From the NCBI GenBank assembly GCA_963749915.1, contig CAVVOP010000020.1, forward strand, positions 160,001 through 224,000: DNA of 64,000 bases, in the 5' to 3' direction. Below are positions 39,304 through 49,317 of this stretch, one piece after another. This DNA is from an uncultured cyanobacterium. Its GTDB lineage: Bacteria > Cyanobacteriota > Cyanobacteriia > Cyanobacteriales > Cyanobacteriaceae. The notes below the pieces were generated by a model, which had not been told where the DNA came from, made no database searches, and worked only from the letters and a program-made list of their open reading frames with translations. How positions within the stretch are numbered: the stretch's first letter is position 1; every line of letters starts with the position of its first letter. A program made the position numbers and the translations under genes.

Positions 39304-41769
39304 TTGGTGATTAATAATTACAGTGATGAAGATAAATTTATTGTTACCGAATTATTAGATACTAAAGGGGAAAAAGGAGAGTTTTTTGTTTGGGAAATAG
39401 TCAAGAAAGTATTTAAAAATAGAGTTTGTTTAGCTTATTGGCGTTACCCTATCTTTTTAGAAAAAGGTAACAGAAAAGAAGTAGATATTCTGGTTATTGA
39501 TCAACAATTGGGCTTAATTATTATTGAAATAAAGTCTCTAAAAATAGAGCAAATTATGAGCATTAATGGACACCTTTGGCAATATCAAAATTTTTATACT
39601 AATAGTGGAAATCCTTATCAACAAGGAGAAAATCAGTTATTTAATCTGTTGGAATATGTTAAAAATGAGCCCAATTTACATCAAAAAGTAACAGGGAAAG
39701 TTTTCATTGCTTTACCCTATATTCAGGAAGAGGAATGGCGAAAAAAAGGTTTTGAGCAATTACCCAGTAATCCGCCAATTATTTTTCAAAATGAGTTAGG
39801 AGAATCAAGGCTATTTTTAGATAAATTGGTCAGAATTCCGCCAGCGGTATCAGGTAATAATTTAGATAAAAAACAATGGAATTTATTATTAGCAATTATC
39901 GCAGGAAAACAAGTATTAGATACACCTAAATATCGAGTTTTAAGTAAAGATAATACCAAGGGAAAAATTTTACAAGAGTTAGCAAGTTATTCTCACCAAC
40001 TAGATTTAAAACAAGAAAAAATTGTCAAAGAAATTAGCAATAATATTGAAGAAATTAGAGGAGTCGCTGGTTCAGGAAAAACCGTTATTTTATGTCAAAA
40101 GGCCGCCTATTTACATTTAAAATATCCCCATTGGAAAATTGCGATCGTATTTTTTACCCGTAGTTTATATGAGCAAATTATTTTGTTAATTGATAAGTGG
40201 TTAAAATATTTTAGTCAGGGGAAAGTTAGGTATCATAAGTATAATAAAAATTTATTAATTTTGCACGGTTGGGGTTCAAAAAATCAGGAGGGTTTATATA
40301 GTTTAATTTGTAAAAAAGTCAAGGGGACAAAGTTAAGGGTAAATGATACTAATAGTCAATCACCGAATGAGGCATTAGGGGAAGCTTGTTACTATTTATT
40401 AAAAACCAGAAAAATCCCCGCTTTATTTGATGTGGTTTTGATAGATGAGGCACAAGATTTTGTTTCTCAGAAGTGGATATATGAAGCAAAACAGCCTTTT
40501 TTTTGGTTAGTTTATCAAAGTTTAAAGAGTAGCAATACCTTGGATAACTCGCAAAAGAGGTTAATTTATGCCTATGATGAAATGCAATGTTTAAATGATG
40601 GGTTAACTTTGACTGCCTTTGATTTATTCGGGGAAAATTCTGCTAAAAAATTGTTGACAAGTATTTTTGCCCATAGTTATCGCACTCCCGATAGGATTTT
40701 AAATACAGCTTTCGCTATTAATATGGGATGGTTAAGATATTTGGGTGTTTTAACAATGATTAATGATCAGAAAAGTTGGCAAGACATCGGTTATAAGTTA
40801 ACGGGAAAAGTGGCAGATGGGGAAACTATTACTATCAAGAAAAAAGCCTCTTTTTTACCACATCCGTTAAGTAAATTTTATCAAGGAGAAGTTATTACGT
40901 TTAAGACATTTTATTCTCGTCAACAGGAATTAAATTATTTAGGCGAAAAAATTTTAACTAATCTTCGATACGATGGTTTACGCCCAACAAAACAAATTTT
41001 GGTTATTATTTTAGGTAACAGCTATTTTGTGAAAGAATTACAGAGTCAATGCCAAGAAATTTTACAAAAAAAAGCCATAGAAGTGTTTATTCCTCATAAA
41101 AATAACCCGAATAAATTTTGGGAAGAAGGAATGATTACCGTTACGGGAATTCATCAGGCCAAGGGGAATGAAGCCGAGATGGTTTATCTTATAGCCTTAG
41201 ATCAAGTAGCCAAAGAAGAGAGTAATCTTGGTTTGAGAAATCAATTATTTGTAGCCTTAACTCGTAGTAAAGCATGGGTTAATATTAGTGGCGTTGGTAA
41301 TTATGTTATGTATGATGAGTTGAAAAAAGTGTTGACTTGTGATGGTAGTTTTACTTTTACCTTGCGTCACCAGCCATTAAAGATTATAAAACTTAGTGAA
41401 AAAGAAAAGCTAATAGATAATTTTGCCTTGGGATGTAGAGATTTTCAACATATCGACTTATCGGGAGAAAACTTGGAGAATCTTTCTTTGAATAAAATCA
41501 ACTTAATTGGGAGTAATTTACAGGGAGTGAATTTTCAAGGTGCTAGTTTACAAAAAGGGAAATTAATCAATACCGACTTGAAAGATAGTAATTTTAGTCA
41601 AGCCAACTTATGCCATTGTAAGTTAATGGGTGCCAATCTCACGGGGGTAAATTTCTCCAGGGCAAATCTTCGGGGTGCGGATTTTTCCAATGCTATTCTT
41701 TCCAACACTAATTTTACGGAAGCAGATTTAACCGATACTATTTTCGATGAGGAATTCTATGATAATTAA
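39304..41769 (+). CDS. NERD nuclease + SF1 helicase + pentapeptide-repeat protein
   Basis: EVDILV...IIEIK; GVAGSGKT; IDEAQD; AKGNE; FVALTRSK; C-terminal ANL/ADF pentapeptides. Confidence 0.85.
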   Translation: MVINNYSDEDKFIVTELLDTKGEKGEFFVWEIVKKVFKNRVCLAYWRYPIFLEKGNRKEVDILVIDQQLGLIIIEIKSLKIEQIMSINGHLWQYQNFYTNSGNPYQQGENQLFNLLEYVKNEPNLHQKVTGKVFIALPYIQEEEWRKKGFEQLPSNPPIIFQNELGESRLFLDKLVRIPPAVSGNNLDKKQWNLLLAIIAGKQVLDTPKYRVLSKDNTKGKILQELASYSHQLDLKQEKIVKEISNNIEEIRGVAGSGKTVILCQKAAYLHLKYPHWKIAIVFFTRSLYEQIILLIDKWLKYFSQGKVRYHKYNKNLLILHGWGSKNQEGLYSLICKKVKGTKLRVNDTNSQSPNEALGEACYYLLKTRKIPALFDVVLIDEAQDFVSQKWIYEAKQPFFWLVYQSLKSSNTLDNSQKRLIYAYDEMQCLNDGLTLTAFDLFGENSAKKLLTSIFAHSYRTPDRILNTAFAINMGWLRYLGVLTMINDQKSWQDIGYKLTGKVADGETITIKKKASFLPHPLSKFYQGEVITFKTFYSRQQELNYLGEKILTNLRYDGLRPTKQILVIILGNSYFVKELQSQCQEILQKKAIEVFIPHKNNPNKFWEEGMITVTGIHQAKGNEAEMVYLIALDQVAKEESNLGLRNQLFVALTRSKAWVNISGVGNYVMYDELKKVLTCDGSFTFTLRHQPLKIIKLSEKEKLIDNFALGCRDFQHIDLSGENLENLSLNKINLIGSNLQGVNFQGASLQKGKLINTDLKDSNFSQANLCHCKLMGANLTGVNFSRANLRGADFSNAILSNTNFTEADLTDTIFDEEFYDN

Positions 41770-41825
41770 TTAACAATACTAATCGATTTTGGTATTACCG
41801 AATAAAAAAGAGATCGGAAAGAAGT

Positions 41826-42065
41826 CTATGATTTCTCCTTAACTTTAACAGTTTTAGGAGATAAAACAGGAATAGGAATACAGAGTAAAGCTAATAATGC
41901 TAATATGTGTACTGACCAATGGGCGATCGCCAACCCCCAGATTAGGAATATAACAGCAGTAAAAAGGGCTAAAACTAGATAAATTTCCTGGTTAGTATGT
42001 TGGTATAGAAAGACACTAACGATAGTGGTTAAGAGTAGCAGTGTTATAAATAAAGGAATCATCAT
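41826..42065 (-). CDS. Small hydrophobic membrane protein
   Basis: About three hydrophobic segments; AAGGTG precedes ATG at 42065. Confidence 0.65.
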   Translation of the reverse strand: MMIPLFITLLLLTTIVSVFLYQHTNQEIYLVLALFTAVIFLIWGLAIAHWSVHILALLALLCIPIPVLSPKTVKVKEKS

Positions 42066-42339
42066 AATAGTCACCTTAAAAATCTGGGGGTGGAACAATG
42101 CGACATCTAAAGGTTATTAATTAAACTATTTATTATTAGATAAAGTTATCTATTCTATCCAGTAATAATTTTGTCATGGTCATTATTGCTAGCCTCGATT
42201 ATCAAGCTAACATTTTTTACTATATTTCACTGTTAAATAAGATAGTTGTCGTTACATTGTTGCAAAAGTTTATATTTCTTTATATTTTGCTAATAGTTTC
42301 AACCTATTGTAACACTAATGTTTTGTAGGGACTGTCCAA

Positions 42340-43899
42340 TTAAAGATGAACAGATTCCTCTTTTTCCTCTCCAGACATAGACACGGACTGGAGGAAGGGG
42401 GCAAGTTCCTTGTTTAATTGACCTGAGCGCATCAATTCAGCGTAAGTTTCCGCTTCAATGCCTAATAATTCCGCTTGTAGTTGTTCTGTCGTAAAACGTC
42501 TCAAATTGGGGTAGTCATTCTGAAGCTCTTCAATTTCTGTTTGCAGACGGGAAAGCTCTCCCCGCACCAGCGTCTCCCGATAACGGTAAAATTCTGGTTC
42601 AATTCCCGGTCGTTTTTCTGTTTGTTCTAAGTGTTGCAACACGCGATTGAGGGCAGACTGACGGGCGATCGCTTCCGAATACTTCTGGCGCAAAGGGAGG
42701 TCCCCCAAAAGGTTTAGGCCCGCCAGTAATGGCTTAGCAGTTAATCCCTGTACCAGCAGGGTAAATAGCACTGCTCCAAATACGGTGGCAATAATTTCCT
42801 CCCGTTCCGGTATCATGACCGGAATACTTAACGCCAAGGCAATGGAAACCGATCCCCGCAATCCTCCCCAGCACAACACCGTTTGCTCGGAAATCGAAAT
42901 TTGGGAATTAGCTAAACGATTGCTCAGAAAACCCAGACCATAAATAGATATTGCCCTTGTTAGGACCATAGCACCAACAGCGACGGCAATGGTTCCTAGA
43001 TGGTTTCCCAAGATGGCAAAGCGCACCTGGTCCCCAATCAGCAAGAAAACAATAGAATTGACAAAAAATGCCAAAAACTCCCAAAATTCGCAGACAATCA
43101 GTCGGGTGCGCGGGTTCATGCCAATACGTGAACCGAAGTTGCCCAAAATCAAGCCAGTGGTAACAACTCCAATCACCCCAGACCCTCCCATATCCTCGGT
43201 AATTAAGTAAGTCCCATAGGCAGAAACTAGGGTCAAGGACTGTTCCACCAGAGGCAGATCGAATCGCTGGGTTAGATAAGAAACGCCAAACCCAATCAGA
43301 CAGCCTACCCCTACCCCGATACCAACAACGGCGACAAACTCTACCAGAATTGGTTGAATACCTGCTTCTGTAATGCCCAGAGAGAGAGAAACTAAAAAAC
43401 TAAAAGCAACCACCGCCATGCCATCATTGAATAAACTTTCCCCCTCCATCAAAGTCGTCAGCCGTTCGTCAACCCCCAATTCCCGAAAGAGTGCCGTCAC
43501 GGAAACGGGATCAGTCGCCGACAGGCTAGCTCCGATCAACAGTGCCGTTGTCATGGGAATACCTGCTAGTTCCTGGAGTCCAAAGGCAAGTCCCAGAATG
43601 GATACTAGAACTCCCATCACGGCGTAGAGGCAGATAGGAATGAGATCTTGCTTCAAGTTTGACCATTTCAAATTCCAGGCGGCTTCAAAAAGCAGGGGCG
43701 GCAGGAAAATCAAGAGAATCAATTCAGGTGAGAGATTGACCAAACGCACATCCACCAGAGCCAGTCCTAACCCAACAATGACCAGCAAGAGGGTATAGGG
43801 AATCTGGCGAAACCAGCTAACCATTTGGGGCAAGGTTGCTACACTCAAAGAAACGGATAGGACAATCAGAAATTGTTTGAGTTGTTCTTCAATAGACAT
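42340..43899 (-). CDS. CPA1-family Na+/H+ antiporter (NhaS1/NhaP-like)
   Basis: FLPPLLFEAA, SATDPVSV, EGESLFNDG, WGGLRG. Confidence 0.93.
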   Translation of the reverse strand: MSIEEQLKQFLIVLSVSLSVATLPQMVSWFRQIPYTLLLVIVGLGLALVDVRLVNLSPELILLIFLPPLLFEAAWNLKWSNLKQDLIPICLYAVMGVLVSILGLAFGLQELAGIPMTTALLIGASLSATDPVSVTALFRELGVDERLTTLMEGESLFNDGMAVVAFSFLVSLSLGITEAGIQPILVEFVAVVGIGVGVGCLIGFGVSYLTQRFDLPLVEQSLTLVSAYGTYLITEDMGGSGVIGVVTTGLILGNFGSRIGMNPRTRLIVCEFWEFLAFFVNSIVFLLIGDQVRFAILGNHLGTIAVAVGAMVLTRAISIYGLGFLSNRLANSQISISEQTVLCWGGLRGSVSIALALSIPVMIPEREEIIATVFGAVLFTLLVQGLTAKPLLAGLNLLGDLPLRQKYSEAIARQSALNRVLQHLEQTEKRPGIEPEFYRYRETLVRGELSRLQTEIEELQNDYPNLRRFTTEQLQAELLGIEAETYAELMRSGQLNKELAPFLQSVSMSGEEKEESVHL

Positions 43900-43930
43900 C
43901 TTTTAAACGGATTTTTTTCTAATATTACAA

Positions 43931-45289
43931 CTAATTCCTCGGTTCTTCTTTCCCATTTCTTCCACGGGTCACCCTGACATCCAACACCGGAGTTTCAACG
44001 AGGTGAACGGTCATTGAGGCATAGGCAACACGACCTTCTGTACTCAAGAATTCATCAAGAATGCGGGTGAAGAGTTGGTCTTTTTTTCCCCGCCGATATT
44101 GGTAGTCAACAACGTATCGTAAGGTAAATTCTATCCAGTTGTCAGTGGTTACTAAGGTAACGGCTGGCTCAACCCTCGCGTCTTCGATTAAATACTTGTG
44201 TACCATTTGTTTCCAGTGAGTCTGAGCGAGGGAAATATACTCCCCCACGACCTCCTGTGCCACTTGCTGGAGAATTTCTCTGGCTAAGTGGTGATCGCTG
44301 CCATATTTAACCGGGATGATAATTTCATCCCAGACAAAGGGGAAATCTCCAGAGTAATTATACACAGGTTCTTTGAAGACAAAACTATTGGCAATGCGGA
44401 CGATGCGACCATTATACAAGTCAGCCTTGACCCAAGCTCCAATCTCCATCACCGTAGTTCGCAAAATACTAATGTCAATCACGTCGCCCATAATGCCCCC
44501 CAATTGTACTCTGTCACCTGGGCTGTAGAACTGTCCGAGGGAGATGGCGAGCCAACCAGCAACGCTGGCAATTACTTCCTGAAGGGCAAAGGCAATACCT
44601 GCACCGATCACCCCAAAGACAACGGTTAACTGACCCAAGCGATCGCTAAAGATAACGGTGATGAACAGGGCGATCGCCAAATAGCCGGTGAGAGTGATGA
44701 CCTTGCGCAGATGGTAGCTCGCTTCGGAGTTGGGAATGTAGCGCGGGAGAGAACGGCTAAGAGATCGGAAGATAAAGTTAATCACGACAATGCCGATACA
44801 GATAGCCACTAGCTTGATGACAACGGGTTGAGAAAACCAGCGTTGGATGGATCTGTAGAAACTACGCTCTTTTCGGTACTCAACGATAGCACCCCTTATT
44901 TTTTGTAGATATTCTGCGGCTAACTGCTGTTGAGTTTGACCGGCCGCCTGAGCATCAGCCTCCGTAATCCCGATAAGGACTGTGTCTTTTGAGGAGATAA
45001 TCGTTACTCCTTCCACCTCTGCAACCTGAAGGGAATCGAGAGGAATAGTGAAATCTCTAGCTACTCCCTCAATTCTGCCACTGATTTCTTTGGCTCGTTG
45101 TTGTGCTGAGGCTGGACCGAATTTTTCTCGGATGACGAACAGGGGTTCCTTATCCAAAACCACCGTAGCATCATGGAGCTTGTTTTCGGAGGTAGGACTT
45201 TGCTGGGAATGAGCTAAGGGATTCGTGAGGACAATGAGGCAGGTGACTAAAACAAATACGATCAAGGCTTGCCAAGGTTTTTTCATCAC
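43931..45289 (-). CDS. MscS-family mechanosensitive channel with N-terminal periplasmic domain
   Basis: GAGIAFALQE, PGDRVQLG, GDVIDI, VYNYS. Confidence 0.9.
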   Translation of the reverse strand: MMKKPWQALIVFVLVTCLIVLTNPLAHSQQSPTSENKLHDATVVLDKEPLFVIREKFGPASAQQRAKEISGRIEGVARDFTIPLDSLQVAEVEGVTIISSKDTVLIGITEADAQAAGQTQQQLAAEYLQKIRGAIVEYRKERSFYRSIQRWFSQPVVIKLVAICIGIVVINFIFRSLSRSLPRYIPNSEASYHLRKVITLTGYLAIALFITVIFSDRLGQLTVVFGVIGAGIAFALQEVIASVAGWLAISLGQFYSPGDRVQLGGIMGDVIDISILRTTVMEIGAWVKADLYNGRIVRIANSFVFKEPVYNYSGDFPFVWDEIIIPVKYGSDHHLAREILQQVAQEVVGEYISLAQTHWKQMVHKYLIEDARVEPAVTLVTTDNWIEFTLRYVVDYQYRRGKKDQLFTRILDEFLSTEGRVAYASMTVHLVETPVLDVRVTRGRNGKEEPRN

Positions 45290-45329
45290 ACTAAAAACAG
45301 TTGAGTTGGAGAATCTCGATCAATTCAGT

Positions 45330-46025
45330 TTAACATGAGTCCGATTTATGATTAAATCTTTGGCAAAAATCTTGAATGAGTAAATCAAGAACAAAGGGAT
45401 CATTACAAGCATGATGCAATTTAGCGGCAAAAGGAATAAAAAGTTGGTGATTTTGCCAATAGCGTTTACCAAAATAAAAATAGGGTTGACCGATAATTTC
45501 GTCCCGACGCCAATGTAAGCTTAATCCGGTAAATTGCAAATTGGGCAAATTCCCAATAACACAGGAAAGTAAAAATGTTTTGGAATCGGCTCTTTGAGCT
45601 TGTCCATTTCTTATGTGGTCTAATTTTTGGCGATATTGAATAATAAAATCTTGGTAACTTATTTGGCTAACATTTTCTAACAACATTTCCCAGAAGCGGT
45701 CTTGTCCTCCAACTGCTACTGGAATTATTACACTGGGATTATCCAGAATAAACCACTGATTTTCAATAAGTCGTAGGTTAAAACAAAAATGATTTTTAAG
45801 AGTTTGAACTAAATGCCAAGTTAAGAAACTAAAGAAAGTTGCTCCTTCTGCTGGATTTGCTTGATACAATTTATAGGCATCAGTAACATCAAGTTGAATT
45901 GTTATATCAACACAAGGAACTTGAATTACATTTGGGTTAGTAAAAAAATCTAAAGACCAATTCAGATAGCCTTCTTTCGCTTTTTCATCTAATAATCTTG
46001 GTTGATATTGACTAGGAATAATCAT
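45330..46025 (-). CDS. CatA-like O-acetyltransferase
   Basis: ITIQLDVT, FNLRL, PYFYFGK, LHHACND (HxxxD). Confidence 0.72.
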   Translation of the reverse strand: MIIPSQYQPRLLDEKAKEGYLNWSLDFFTNPNVIQVPCVDITIQLDVTDAYKLYQANPAEGATFFSFLTWHLVQTLKNHFCFNLRLIENQWFILDNPSVIIPVAVGGQDRFWEMLLENVSQISYQDFIIQYRQKLDHIRNGQAQRADSKTFLLSCVIGNLPNLQFTGLSLHWRRDEIIGQPYFYFGKRYWQNHQLFIPFAAKLHHACNDPFVLDLLIQDFCQRFNHKSDSC

Positions 46026-46068
46026 AGTCCCGTTTTCTTCTCCTGTGGCCAATAGGTTTTATTTTTGT

Positions 46069-47877
46069 TTATTCATCACCTTCAGAGGGCTTTTGCTTAA
46101 GGGTCGAAATCCGAAATCCTGGTGCCATATAGTCTTTTGGTAAGTAAGCTTCTGGAATTGTACTCTGATTGCCATCTCGCATCGCTGAGTAATGAGGAGA
46201 CAAGATTTCAATATCTACTTCGTTGCATTTATCCTGGATATTTTGGTGGAGTTCTGAATAGATTCTCATCATCAGATTAGGCTGGTCTGTATAGGCATTG
46301 AGTTGATAACTGACGTAGAAATCGTCGAGGCTGGTTTGCAGGACGAAAGGCGGGGGATCTTTGAGGATGTGACCAGTGGCCAAAGCGGCTTGAATTAGGG
46401 TGTCGTTGACTTTCCGCCAGGGGAGATCGTAGCCCAAGGTGATGGTCGTCTGCATGATTAAATACCTATTTAACTCCCGTGACGCCACAGTGAAATTAAT
46501 CACATTCGTGTTGAGTAGGGATGAGTTGGGAACTGTAATGATTTTGTTTGTCACGGTGAGAATACGAGTCACTAGCAAAGTTTTTTCAAGCACATCCCCT
46601 ACCACATCTCCGATCTGAATGCGATCGCCAGCCTGAAAGGCACGGGTATAAATGAGAATAACTCCCCCGACAACATTGGCAATTGCCGTGGTAGAACCGA
46701 GAGAAAAGAGGATTCCCAGAAACACAGAAATTCCTCGAAATGCAGGGGAATCAAACCCTGGTAAGTAGGGAAAGGCAACGACGGCTGACAGAGCAATAAT
46801 CAAAATTACCAAAAGCCTATAAGTGGGTTCTCCCCAATCAGCATAAAATCCAGGAATGACCAGAGTTCTTGTTTCTATGGCCGTAAAAAATGGTTTGATC
46901 CCTCGCAATATGTAGTAGGTGATGGCGATAATTAGAACGAGAATGAAGATATTAGGAAGATACTGGCCAATCCCATTAAAGATCAGCTCCAGAGCTTGAA
47001 AGAGATACTCTAAAATACTTTCGCTGAAAGTCCTCGTCCAGGGGAATAAGCTCAAAACAAAACTAAGATAAATATAGGCAAAGATGAAAAGAATAATCAA
47101 ACGAACTAACTGGATTATACGAAGGCCTAATAGGCTAATTCTGTAGGATGATACTACTTCAAAATTCTGGAGTCTCACACTAGGAATTCGAGATTCAATC
47201 CAGTTTCTAATCCTGGGAAATATTCTGCCAGATCCTCGAATAATGAGGGCAAAAATAATCAGCAAAGCCACAGTGGATAAAGCAGTATAAATCAGACTTT
47301 GAAGCAATCGAGCAGGGCTGCGATCTTTTCGATATTGCTCGAGGGCAACTTTGATTTTTTGGAAGGCTTCTTTCGCCAATTCATCTTGGGGAGTACGATA
47401 GGTTCGAGCATCTTGAGCCGTAACCGTTAGAATAACATCTTTATCTAAGAGGATATAGATCAGTTCATTATCAGGATCAGAGACGATTTTTAGACTCTCA
47501 ATGGGGATTGAATCATCTTGAGCAATTTTTTCCAGTCTATTAGTAATCACACTTGCCCGATCTGCTGCGGAAAACGAACCAACCCCCCGACGGATCAGAA
47601 AAAGGGGCTTGCCATCTAAAACAACGGGAACCCCATCAATTTTATTGTCTGCTGATACCTGTGCCTGCGGTTGAGTTGTGTCTGGTGCTGTAGGATTTTG
47701 AGCTACCCCAAAAAGAGAGGGCGTCAGTGTCAGGAATAAAACTAGACTAAAAGTTAGTAAAACCCGCCAAACCTTCCTCAAGTTGCCCCGAAAAATTGGG
47801 TCTGAGCTGTTAATTAATGGGGTTGAAATTCGCTTTTTCATGCCCTTATTTTTCCCTTGATTGTAACAATTCTGCAA
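46069..47877 (-). CDS. MscS-family mechanosensitive channel
   Basis: FPYLPG, GDRIQIGD, VPNSSLL, GYDLPW, EILSPHY; start may be at 47841. Confidence 0.9.
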   Translation of the reverse strand: MQNCYNQGKNKGMKKRISTPLINSSDPIFRGNLRKVWRVLLTFSLVLFLTLTPSLFGVAQNPTAPDTTQPQAQVSADNKIDGVPVVLDGKPLFLIRRGVGSFSAADRASVITNRLEKIAQDDSIPIESLKIVSDPDNELIYILLDKDVILTVTAQDARTYRTPQDELAKEAFQKIKVALEQYRKDRSPARLLQSLIYTALSTVALLIIFALIIRGSGRIFPRIRNWIESRIPSVRLQNFEVVSSYRISLLGLRIIQLVRLIILFIFAYIYLSFVLSLFPWTRTFSESILEYLFQALELIFNGIGQYLPNIFILVLIIAITYYILRGIKPFFTAIETRTLVIPGFYADWGEPTYRLLVILIIALSAVVAFPYLPGFDSPAFRGISVFLGILFSLGSTTAIANVVGGVILIYTRAFQAGDRIQIGDVVGDVLEKTLLVTRILTVTNKIITVPNSSLLNTNVINFTVASRELNRYLIMQTTITLGYDLPWRKVNDTLIQAALATGHILKDPPPFVLQTSLDDFYVSYQLNAYTDQPNLMMRIYSELHQNIQDKCNEVDIEILSPHYSAMRDGNQSTIPEAYLPKDYMAPGFRISTLKQKPSEGDE

Positions 47878-47956
47878 ATCACTGAATTAATCATAGGCTA
47901 ATTTGATTCCAGTACTGCGCTAACTTTTCACGGCAAGTCTCAAAGAATACGAGAAG

Positions 47957-48688
47957 CTAAATCGTTTCCTTGAATAACTCTAACACTTTCTCCCATGCGT
48001 CTTTTGCCGATTCTTGATGATAACTGGCTCTACGATCGCAAAAAAAGCCATGATTTGCCTTAGGATAACGGAATATTTGATGGGCAATGTTGTGCTTTTG
48101 TAACTCTGCCTCAATTTGATCTATTTGTTCAACGGGGATGCTAGGATCTTTTAAGCCAAAAAAGCCGTATATTTTACCTTTTATGTCCTTTGTACGCGTA
48201 ATTGTGGCAAATTTTTCATTAGGACACCAATTCGTTATTCCTGCTCCGTAAAATGAGGCTGTAGCTTTAATTTCTGGCAGGATTGCCGTTAAATATGTTA
48301 CATGACCACCGAAACAAAACCCTATACTGCCAACTCCTGTTTTTTTCACTTGGGGTAATTGATATAAATACTCAATGGTGGCTTGTATATCCCTTAATAA
48401 TTCTTCAGCTTTTGTCTTATTTTTATATTCCCTGCCGATTTCTATGTCCTTAGATGTATATCCTACGGCAAAATTGGGGGCTTGACGTTGATAAATAGCA
48501 GGGGCGATCGCCACATAACCTTCATTTGCAATGCGACAGGTAACATCTTTGATATGATCATTAACTCCAAAAATTTCTTGGATAACGATAACGGCGGGTA
48601 ATTCTTTTGTAGTTTGGGGATGAGCTAAAAAACCCTGAATAAGTAAATCTTGATTGGGAATACTAACGTTGGAAGTGATAATGTTCAT
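47957..48688 (-). CDS. Dienelactone hydrolase family protein
   Basis: QEIFGVN, GFCFGG, HGFFCD. Confidence 0.92.
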   Translation of the reverse strand: MNIITSNVSIPNQDLLIQGFLAHPQTTKELPAVIVIQEIFGVNDHIKDVTCRIANEGYVAIAPAIYQRQAPNFAVGYTSKDIEIGREYKNKTKAEELLRDIQATIEYLYQLPQVKKTGVGSIGFCFGGHVTYLTAILPEIKATASFYGAGITNWCPNEKFATITRTKDIKGKIYGFFGLKDPSIPVEQIDQIEAELQKHNIAHQIFRYPKANHGFFCDRRASYHQESAKDAWEKVLELFKETI

Positions 48689-48759
48689 AATTAATAATTA
48701 ATATTAGTTAGTACGAAAAAACCTCTTTGCCGCCATTGATCCTGAAAATTTTTGCTTCA

Positions 48760-49296
48760 TTATTCTCCACCAATAGAAACAGGTTGAATTAAAAAAGTAC
48801 TTGCTTTTTGGGCTACATTATCGCGCACTGTCATCGGGTGCAACTTAACTAAATTATCCGCTATAAAAGCATCTCTAACAATTAACTTTTCACCCACATT
48901 AAAATTAGTCTCATAAAAAACCTCTTGAATCCCTGCGGAAATAATCAACTTTAAACAAGAAATACAAGGTTCAAGAGTTACATAAATAGTCGCCCCATTA
49001 GTGGCAATACCATGTCTAGCGGCTTGGGCGATGGCATTTGCCTCCGCATGAACCGCCCTTGATGATAACGTTTTACTAGCATCACAACTACTCAAACCCT
49101 CATAACAAAAACCTTGCACAGTGCAATGAATCGAACCGGATGGAGAGCCATTGTAACCGGTAGCGAGTACTTGACGATTGTTAACAATTACTGCACCAAC
49201 AGGGAAAGCTAAACAAGTCGAGCGTGTGGCAGCCAATTTAGCCATCAGCATAAAATATTCATCCCAAGTTGGACGATCTTTTTCTTTATCTATCAT
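48760..49296 (-). CDS. dCMP deaminase (ComEB-like)
   Basis: RSTC, GYNG, HAEANA, PCISC. Confidence 0.9.
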   Translation of the reverse strand: MIDKEKDRPTWDEYFMLMAKLAATRSTCLAFPVGAVIVNNRQVLATGYNGSPSGSIHCTVQGFCYEGLSSCDASKTLSSRAVHAEANAIAQAARHGIATNGATIYVTLEPCISCLKLIISAGIQEVFYETNFNVGEKLIVRDAFIADNLVKLHPMTVRDNVAQKASTFLIQPVSIGGE

Positions 49297-49317
49297 TAAA
49301 TAATCGATAATTAATTG

